DNA of 64,000 nucleotides from Candidatus Eiseniibacteriota bacterium (GTDB lineage Bacteria; Eisenbacteria; RBG-16-71-46; JABDJR01): NCBI GenBank assembly GCA_963762255.1, contig CAVXKA010000001.1, positions 384,001 to 448,000 of the forward strand, read 5' to 3'. Shown piece by piece: positions 57,229 to 64,000 of this stretch (position 1 is its first letter; each line of letters starts with the position of its first letter). The notes under the pieces were generated by a model. It saw only the letters and a program-made list of their open reading frames with translations, ran no database searches and was not told where the DNA came from. The position numbers and the translations under genes were made by a program.

Positions 57229-58056
57229 TCAGAATAGCGAGAGATCGCCTTGCAGCCCCAGCAGCCGCTGCAGGATCCGGGCGCTCTTGACCGCCCGCCC
57301 CATGTAGCAGTTGTTGAAGAAGACATAGGTGCGGTTCGTTTCAGCGGCGAGCCTGCGGATGCGATCGAGCCACTCGCTGAGTTCCTCCGCGCTGTAGTCC
57401 CAGTCGTAGCGCTCGTGCCCTCCTTGCCACCATGTCGCCTGGTTGCGACCGTGGAAGCGCACGTAGCCGGTGTCGATGGTGGCGGTGGCGACCGGCGGCA
57501 TGAGCCCGGGCAGTGCCGGCTCGTCCACCGCGCAGAAGCCGAGGCTCAATCGCTTGAGGTAGTCGTAGACAGGCTCCTGGTTCCAGCTCTCGTGGCGGAA
57601 CTCGGCCCACAGACGCATGTCGGGGAGCGCCTCGCGCAGAAAGGCAAGGTGCGCGCGGTGACGCGGCTCATTGCGGAAGCCGAACGGGAACTGGAGGAGC
57701 ACGCCGTCGAACTTGCCGGCCGCGCGCAGGGGGTCGATGGCGTCAAGGAACGTCCGATAGAGCGCGGTTTCCCGGCTCTGGGCGTGTGTCATCTCCTGAT
57801 GCGCCTTCACCACGAAGAGAAAGTCGCGGGGAGACTTCTTGGCCATCGTCTCGAAGCTGCGCGCGGGCGGGATGCGGTAATAGGTGGCGTTGACCTCCAC
57901 CACCTGGAACATTCGCGCATAGTGCGTGAGGAATTCCGACTTGGGAGTGCCCTTGGGGTAGACGGGCCCGACCCAGTCGTCGAACGAGTACCCGGAAGCT
58001 CCGATGAGGAGCTTCGACTCCAACTCCTCTTGGGTGAGAAGGTTGCTCTCGCTCAT
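57229..58056 (-). CDS. DUF72 family protein
   Basis: IGASGYSFDDW, VEVNATYY, LLQFP, EFRH.SW, YVRFHGRN and FFNN motifs; ATG overlaps the dinB stop. Confidence 0.9.
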   Translation of the reverse strand: MSESNLLTQEELESKLLIGASGYSFDDWVGPVYPKGTPKSEFLTHYARMFQVVEVNATYYRIPPARSFETMAKKSPRDFLFVVKAHQEMTHAQSRETALYRTFLDAIDPLRAAGKFDGVLLQFPFGFRNEPRHRAHLAFLREALPDMRLWAEFRHESWNQEPVYDYLKRLSLGFCAVDEPALPGLMPPVATATIDTGYVRFHGRNQATWWQGGHERYDWDYSAEELSEWLDRIRRLAAETNRTYVFFNNCYMGRAVKSARILQRLLGLQGDLSLF

Positions 58057-59249
58057 GGTTCGCGTTCCTCCCGCAAGAATACTCCGGCCGGAAGGAGGAG
58101 GCCCTCGCCGAAGCGGTTGCGTATCCGGTCCCCGGCCCGGATGAGATCGCGGCGACGGCGATCCTCGATCAAGAACCCCGGGGCGGCTTCCCCCGACGTG
58201 AGCTCCATTCCCGCCACGCCCAATAGCCTCAAGGCGCGGCCTCGGCGGGCCGCTTCCAGAAGATCCCACGACGTCAACGCCAGGATGCGCGCGTCGTCGG
58301 TGGGCTCATCGAGCGCTCGCTGACGGCTGAACCGCTGCTGCTTCACCTTGAACCGAACCGCCACCGTGCGCGCCAGAAACCGATGCCGGCGCAACCGGCG
58401 CGCCACGCGATCTGCAAGAAGCCAGGTCGTGGCGCGGAGGAACGGAGCGGAGACGACGTCTTCCGCAAAGGTCGTCTCGTGCCCGGCGCTCTTGGCGAGC
58501 GGCTCCTCTCCGGCGGCCAATACCTCTCGGGTATCTTCGCCGCGAGCGCTCGCGCTCAACTGGGTGGCCCAGCGCCCGAACCCCTCGCGAAGCTGACGGG
58601 GATCGGCTTCGGCCAGATCGCGAACGGTAACGACCCCGCGCCGCGCGAGAAACTCGCCGGTCTTGGGTCCGACACCCGGGATCCTGGAGACGAGTTTTTC
58701 GCCGAACACGTTCAGGAAGCGGTCGGGAGGAACCGCACTCACCCCACCCGGCTTGGCCAGCGAGGACGCCATCTTTGCTTGAAGCTTGTTGGCGGCCGCT
58801 CCCACCGTGCAGGAAAGCCCGCGCTCGGCCAGGATGACGCGCCGGATTGCCGCACCGATCTCCGCCGCCTCCGCTTCCCACGTGTTTTCGCTTGCCGGAG
58901 GGAAGGAGAGGTAGGCCTCGTCGATGCTCGCCGGCTCCACCAGCGGTGAGAATCGGTCGAGAACGGCCAGGACCTCGAGCGATTCATGCACGTACTTGGG
59001 AGGATCCACCGGGAGCACGAAGAGGTGAGGGCACAGGCGGAGCGCCTCGGCCATGGACATCCCCGAATGCACCCCGAAGCTCCGCGCCGAATAGGAGGCG
59101 GTCGTGACCACCCCGCGCTTCCCCGGCCCGCCCCCCACCGCAAGCGGCATCCCTGCCAGCCGGGGATCGGAGCGGATCTCCACCGAGGCGAAGAACGCGT
59201 CCATGTCGACATGGAGAACAAGAGGCCGGAGCACGGGTTTTTCCTTCAC
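58053..59249 (-). CDS. dinB: DNA polymerase IV (Y family)
   Basis: HVDMDAFFASVE, SYSARSFGV, SIDEAY, AKMAS..KP and IPGVG motifs; start uncertain (GTG 59249 chosen). Confidence 0.92.
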   Translation of the reverse strand: MKEKPVLRPLVLHVDMDAFFASVEIRSDPRLAGMPLAVGGGPGKRGVVTTASYSARSFGVHSGMSMAEALRLCPHLFVLPVDPPKYVHESLEVLAVLDRFSPLVEPASIDEAYLSFPPASENTWEAEAAEIGAAIRRVILAERGLSCTVGAAANKLQAKMASSLAKPGGVSAVPPDRFLNVFGEKLVSRIPGVGPKTGEFLARRGVVTVRDLAEADPRQLREGFGRWATQLSASARGEDTREVLAAGEEPLAKSAGHETTFAEDVVSAPFLRATTWLLADRVARRLRRHRFLARTVAVRFKVKQQRFSRQRALDEPTDDARILALTSWDLLEAARRGRALRLLGVAGMELTSGEAAPGFLIEDRRRRDLIRAGDRIRNRFGEGLLLPAGVFLREEREP

Positions 59250-59303
59250 ATCGTCCGGGACAGTCGCTAGGCTGCGGGGGGAGTTTCCGGGGAAGCGGAT
59301 GTC

Positions 59304-59333
59304 ATCATAACATACCAGACATATGTTTGGTAT
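59304..59333 (-). promoter_or_regulatory. Extended -10 (TGnTATGAT) and adjacent 22-bp palindrome, candidate SOS operator for dinB
   Basis: ATACCAGACATATGTTTGGTAT at 59312-59333 is a near-perfect inverted repeat abutting the -10 at 59304-59309. Confidence 0.6.
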
Positions 59334-59423
59334 CCCCACTCCTCTCGATCCTCTATTCTTATGAGCTGCTAGTACTTAGTGCGTAACATGGCGAGGCTTT
59401 CCGCCGCGCCGCAAAGGGAACCC

Positions 59424-60938
59424 ATGAACCTCGACTCCCAACCCACCGTGCTCACCCGCGGGATCGACTTCGATCTCACCCCGGAAGCCGTGTTCCTCAA
59501 CATGAATCGCATCCCGGGGTTCTTCTTCCTGGACAGCGGCATGGCCGACCACGAACTGTCGCGCTACTCCTACATCGGGGTCGCCCCCTTCCTCACGCTG
59601 CACAGTCGCGGCGACGGGATCGACATCGTGGAGGGCAAGAGGGTCCGCCACCTGACCGGGAACCCGCTGGCGATCCTGCAGTCGCAGTTGCAGCAGATGC
59701 GCCTCATGGGTGGAAGTCCCCTGGTGCCGTTCTCGGGGGGCGGGGTCGGGTACTTCGGCTACGAGCTCGGCCGTACGACGGCGGGCATTCCGCTCCACGC
59801 CACCGATGATCTCGGTCTCCCCGAGATGCATGTCTCGTTCTACAAGACCATTCTCGCGTACGAGCACAAGACCCGGCGTTGGATCGGGGCGGCGGTAGAC
59901 CTGAGCGGTGGACGCGGCACCACGATCCGCAAGCGGCTCGGGAACGATATCGAAAAGCTCCGCGAGCTGGCCTCGAAACCCCACCGAGGAATCGTGACCG
60001 CGGCGACCACGACCGTCGAGGCTTCGCCCACGGAAGAGGAGGAGATCGCCGCGTCGCCCGAGGTACACCCGGATCGCCGCTATCAGGTGGATGGCGTCGA
60101 CGTTGTCTCGACGATGAGCCGGGAGGAGTACCTGGCCGGTGTGCGCAAGATCAAGGAGCACATCGCCGCCGGAGACATCTACCAGGCCAACCTGACCCAG
60201 CGCTGGAGTGTTCCCTACGCCGACGAGCCCGGCAAACTCTACTCCGCACTCCGCCAGGTGAGCCCTGCCCCGTTCGGGTTCTTCATGAACACCGGCGAGT
60301 GCATCATCGCCGGATCCTCGCCCGAGTGCTTCCTCTCCTTGCAGGGACGCGCGGTGGAAACGCGCCCGATCAAGGGCACGCGGCCTCGGGGGGCCAGCCC
60401 GGAAGAGGACGCGCGGATGAGGCGTGAACTCGAGGAGAGCGCGAAGGACAAAGCCGAACTCACCATGATCGCCGACCTGGAGCGCAACGATCTCGGCCGC
60501 GTCTGCACGGCGGGAACAGTGGAGGTGTCGGAACTCCACCGGCTCGAGTCCTTCGCCAACGTGCATCACCTGGTCTCGGTGGTGCGCGGCGAACTGCGCC
60601 CCGACGCCGGCTTGCAGGATCTCTTCGAGGCCACGTTCCCGAGCGGATCGGTGACGGGCACGCCGAAGAAGCGGGCCATGGAAATCCTGGATCAGGTGGA
60701 AGGCACCGCGCGCGGCCCCTATACCGGCGCGATGGGCTACATGGGCCTCGACGGCTCGCTGGCATTGAACGTCGCGATCCGCACGCTGGTGTTGTCGCAG
60801 GGCGTCTGCCACCTCGGCGTGGGGGGAGGCATCGTGGCCGACTCGAATCCCGAGGCCGAGTACGAGGAGTGCGTGGCGAAGGCGCGCGGCATGCTGGCCG
60901 CGCTCCGCGAGACGCTGGCGACGCCGGTGAGTTCGTGA
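59424..60938 (+). CDS. pabB: Aminodeoxychorismate synthase component I (PabB/TrpE family)
   Basis: GGVGYFGYE, GDIYQANLT, SSPE.F, PIKGTRPR, DLERNDLGR and GGGIVADS motifs; adjacent to a class IV PLP enzyme. Confidence 0.85.
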   Translation: MNLDSQPTVLTRGIDFDLTPEAVFLNMNRIPGFFFLDSGMADHELSRYSYIGVAPFLTLHSRGDGIDIVEGKRVRHLTGNPLAILQSQLQQMRLMGGSPLVPFSGGGVGYFGYELGRTTAGIPLHATDDLGLPEMHVSFYKTILAYEHKTRRWIGAAVDLSGGRGTTIRKRLGNDIEKLRELASKPHRGIVTAATTTVEASPTEEEEIAASPEVHPDRRYQVDGVDVVSTMSREEYLAGVRKIKEHIAAGDIYQANLTQRWSVPYADEPGKLYSALRQVSPAPFGFFMNTGECIIAGSSPECFLSLQGRAVETRPIKGTRPRGASPEEDARMRRELEESAKDKAELTMIADLERNDLGRVCTAGTVEVSELHRLESFANVHHLVSVVRGELRPDAGLQDLFEATFPSGSVTGTPKKRAMEILDQVEGTARGPYTGAMGYMGLDGSLALNVAIRTLVLSQGVCHLGVGGGIVADSNPEAEYEECVAKARGMLAALRETLATPVSS

Positions 60939-60945
60939 GACCGCA

Positions 60946-61833
60946 ATGGCCTTCGTCTTCCTGAACGGCGTATTGGTCCCCGCCGAAGACGCGATGGTCC
61001 CGGCCGACGATCGGGCCGTCCTTTTCGGAGACGGCGCCTACGAGACCATGCGCACCTATACCGGGCGCTTCTTTCGTTTTCCGGAGCATCTGCGCCGGCT
61101 GCGGCATACGCTCGAGGGCATGCGTCTGCCGTTGGCGACGAGCGACGACGCGATCGCGCAGGCCGCATTGGATCTCATCCGGGCCAACGATCTGCCCGAG
61201 GCCCGGCTGCGACTCACCGTGACCGGCGGGCGTCACGATGGAGCTATCCGGTTGCGGCGCTCCGGCGCGCCAAACCTCATCCTGACCGCCTCGCTCCTGG
61301 TCCCCCCGCCCTCGGAGCACTACCGCGACGGCGTGGACGTGGTGCTCTCCCCCTGGTCCGTGCACAGCGACTCGCCGCTTCCGCGCATCAAGACCGTCAA
61401 CCGGCTCATGCACCTCATGGCCAAGGAGGCGGCCCTGGAGCAGGGCGCGTACGAGTCGCTCTTCCTCGACGAGACGGGTGGCATCCTCGAGGGCACCGCC
61501 ACCAACGTGTTCTTCGTGGTGGACGGCGTGTTGCGCACCGCCTCGCTGGAGAGTCCGCTGCTCGAGGGGGTCACGCGGGAGGCCGTACTGCAGACGGCGC
61601 AGGAGGCGGGTGTGCGCATTCAGGAAGGGCGGGTCGGCGCCGAGGAACTGCTGAGAGCGAGCGAAGCGTTCCTCACCAGCACGACGATCGAACTCCTGCC
61701 GATACGCACGGTGAACGCGAGGCCTGTGGGCACGGGCCGCCCCGGCCCGATGTGGCGCGCGCTGTTCGAGCAGTTCCGCGCCAAGGTGAGCGCGGAGATC
61801 GGCGTCGCGCTCGCGCCGCTGCCGGTGGGGTGA
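60946..61833 (+). CDS. Class IV PLP enzyme (aminodeoxychorismate lyase/BCAT/DAT family)
   Basis: DRAVLFGDGAYET, HLRRL, IKT, EGTATN and LEGVTR motifs; probably pabC by context. Confidence 0.85.
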   Translation: MAFVFLNGVLVPAEDAMVPADDRAVLFGDGAYETMRTYTGRFFRFPEHLRRLRHTLEGMRLPLATSDDAIAQAALDLIRANDLPEARLRLTVTGGRHDGAIRLRRSGAPNLILTASLLVPPPSEHYRDGVDVVLSPWSVHSDSPLPRIKTVNRLMHLMAKEAALEQGAYESLFLDETGGILEGTATNVFFVVDGVLRTASLESPLLEGVTREAVLQTAQEAGVRIQEGRVGAEELLRASEAFLTSTTIELLPIRTVNARPVGTGRPGPMWRALFEQFRAKVSAEIGVALAPLPVG

Positions 61834-61873
61834 TCGCCCATGACCCCGGCATTGCCGCAGTCCGAGTGAACCC

Positions 61874-64000
61874 ATGAGACGAACCCCCGTCATTCTCGCG
61901 TCGATCGCCGTGGTGCTGATCGCGGCCGTGGTCGTCTCCGGCCGGCACCGCGTTCCCGAGGGCGAGATCTGGGTCCGTCTTGACCGCGGGAGACATCCCG
62001 TGGCGGAGGTCGCTCCCGGTTCCCACTGGTGGCCGCCGCTCTCAGGCGGGATCGCGCGTTTCCCCGCCGCACCCGACACCATCTTCTTTCCCGACCCCGC
62101 GCAGGCGGAGACCTACCGCCTCTTCGACGCTGAGGGGAACAGCATCCCGACGCGCTTCGCGGTGACCTACCGCGCGGAGCCCGGCCGAGGAGTCGCGCTC
62201 GCCCGAGCGCTCCTCTCCAGTGCGACATCCGTCCGGACCGGCGCGACCTCCGCGCAAACCGGCGCGCGGCGCGCGCGCGACGCCGGACTCGCCGACACCT
62301 TGCGCGCCCGGCTCGCCCTCGACGGCCGCGCGCTCGCCGCCCGCTTCTCGGGCGATGCGCTCCGCGCCGACGGAGGCCGCGGCCTTGCCGAGGCCCTCGC
62401 ACAAGCCGTGCGCCTCGACGGGCTCACGGTCACGGCCGCGCCGGTGAGCGGCGCCGCCCCCGGCGGCGGGGTGAAGGTGCTGATCGTGGGCGTGGACGCC
62501 GCCGACTGGCTCGTGGCCGATCCGCTCCTGCGCGCCGGGCGCATGCCGAACCTCGCGGCGCTCATCCGGCGCGGCGTGCGCGCGGATTTCCACACGCTCA
62601 CACCCATGCTCTCGCCGCTCCTCTGGACGTCGATCGCCACCGGAGTCACGCCGGACCGCCACGGCATCCTCGACTTCCTCACCCCCGATCCGCGCACCGG
62701 CGAGATGGTGCCGGTCTCGAGCGCGCTTCGCCGCGCCCCAGCATTCTGGAACATCCTCAGCCACTTCGGCGTGAGCCAGGGCATCGTGGCGTGGCTCGCT
62801 ACCTGGCCGGCGGAACCGGTGAGCGGGCACCTGGTGGCGGATCGCTTCGGCTTCCTCGCATTCGCGGGGAAGGTAGCCGAAGGGGACCAAGGCATGACCT
62901 GGCCGCCGGAGTACGAGGAGCATGCGCGGACGCTGGAAGTGCCGGCGACCTCGCTCCCCGTGACCTTCTGGAAGCGCTTCTTCGACGTCCCCGACAGCGA
63001 ACTCGAGAACCTGGGACGAGGGGGTTACCAGAAGGGGAACTTCCTCGAGAACTTCGCTCTCACGGTGAGCACCGCGCTGACCTATACCGCGATCGGCGAG
63101 GACGTGCAGCGCACGGCCGATCCCCGCGTACTCGCCGTGTATTACGAGATGATCGACGCCGCAGGGCACCTCGCCATGCCCTACGCACCGCCCCGACGTC
63201 CGTACATCCCGGAGCGCGATTATGATCGCTACCACCGCGCGATGGACGGCGCCTACGAGCTTCAGGACGAACTCCTCGGCCGGCTTCTCGCCGGGGCCGA
63301 CACCGCCAACACCGTGGTCGTCGTGCTGAGCGATCACGGGATGAAGAGCGGCGACGCGCGCCCGGCCGGGAGCGCCGAGATCGAGGGAGGCGAAGCAGGA
63401 CGTTGGCACCGGGATCCCGGCATCCTGGTGCTGGCCGGTCCCGGCATTCGCCGAGGCGCGGTGCTGGCCGGTGACGCGAACCTGCTCGACATCGCACCCA
63501 CGCTGCTCGCGATGCTCGGCCTTCCCGTGCCGCGGGCGATGATGGGAAAGGTGCTCACCGAGGCATTCGACGTCGCGGGACAGTCGCGGTTCGCGCCGTC
63601 CTTCGTGGATTCGTTGGACCTACGCCCCGAGGTGTGGACGCCGCCCGCATCCACCGGCGCCGCCCTTCTGGGACCGGCCCAGGCGGCCATGCACAATAAC
63701 CTCGGGCTCGTTCTGGAGTCGGAGGGGATGCTCGCCGAGGCGGAGACGGAGTACCGCCGGGCGCTGGAGGCGCTCCCCGCCGATGCCAACGCGCGCAACA
63801 ACCTGGGAAGCATTCTCTTGAGGCAAGGCCGCACCGCTGAGGCGCGCGACATCCTGGAGCGATTGCACCGCGAGCGCCCCGACTACGTGCCGGTTCTCTT
63901 CAACCTGGCCATGCTCTATCGGGAGTCGGAGCGCTTCCCCGAGGCGGAGACGCTCTATCGATCCATCCTCCAGCGCGAGCCCGGCAACGTGAAGGCGGAG
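61874..64000 (+). CDS. Type I phosphodiesterase/nucleotide pyrophosphatase family protein with TPRs, 3' truncated by window
   Basis: Manual translation: N-terminal TM; in-frame KVLIVGVDAADW, PMLSPLLWTSIATG and VLSDHG; HNNLG/NNLG TPR motifs near the window end. Confidence 0.85.
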   Translation, partial: MRRTPVILASIAVVLIAAVVVSGRHRVPEGEIWVRLDRGRHPVAEVAPGSHWWPPLSGGIARFPAAPDTIFFPDPAQAETYRLFDAEGNSIPTRFAVTYRAEPGRGVALARALLSSATSVRTGATSAQTGARRARDAGLADTLRARLALDGRALAARFSGDALRADGGRGLAEALAQAVRLDGLTVTAAPVSGAAPGGGVKVLIVGVDAADWLVADPLLRAGRMPNLAALIRRGVRADFHTLTPMLSPLLWTSIATGVTPDRHGILDFLTPDPRTGEMVPVSSALRRAPAFWNILSHFGVSQGIVAWLATWPAEPVSGHLVADRFGFLAFAGKVAEGDQGMTWPPEYEEHARTLEVPATSLPVTFWKRFFDVPDSELENLGRGGYQKGNFLENFALTVSTALTYTAIGEDVQRTADPRVLAVYYEMIDAAGHLAMPYAPPRRPYIPERDYDRYHRAMDGAYELQDELLGRLLAGADTANTVVVVLSDHGMKSGDARPAGSAEIEGGEAGRWHRDPGILVLAGPGIRRGAVLAGDANLLDIAPTLLAMLGLPVPRAMMGKVLTEAFDVAGQSRFAPSFVDSLDLRPEVWTPPASTGAALLGPAQAAMHNNLGLVLESEGMLAEAETEYRRALEALPADANARNNLGSILLRQGRTAEARDILERLHRERPDYVPVLFNLAMLYRESERFPEAETLYRSILQREPGNVKAE

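Overview
GC-rich bacterial chromosomal window with about 55 CDS. No rRNA, tRNA, CRISPR array or mobile element was seen. The secreted proteins with FlgD-Ig-like or 'TWGxxKxLY' C-terminal tails suggest an FCB-group lineage such as Ca. Eisenbacteria (inference). Housekeeping content: a complex I (nuo) operon with only A,C,E,F,H,J,K,L,M,N (no nuoB, D, G, I) behind a sigma70 promoter and Rex-type operator, Moco genes (mobA, moaC, mog, moeA), trkH/trkA, dsbD/tlpA, pyk, pcnB, add, dinB-DUF72 and pabB/pabC. The most striking element is absent from the ORF track. A 30-aa sORF at 50697-50789 (MLGIITKMLALA-GEWQWY-GEWQWF-GEWQWF) has its own sigma54 promoter, upstream palindromic enhancer-like sites, IHF-like sites, a strong RBS and an intrinsic terminator. 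It lies right after a multi-TM histidine-kinase-like receptor whose H-box His is replaced by Arg. The same GEWQW motif occurs near the C-terminus of a lipoprotein 43 kb away (6836-7507), which also has a sigma54-type promoter. Together these suggest an undescribed Trp-peptide signalling (or RiPP-like) system. Other notable items: a CTG-initiated zinc-finger sORF, a frameshifted NHL/TWG-tail gene and a candidate SOS box before dinB.
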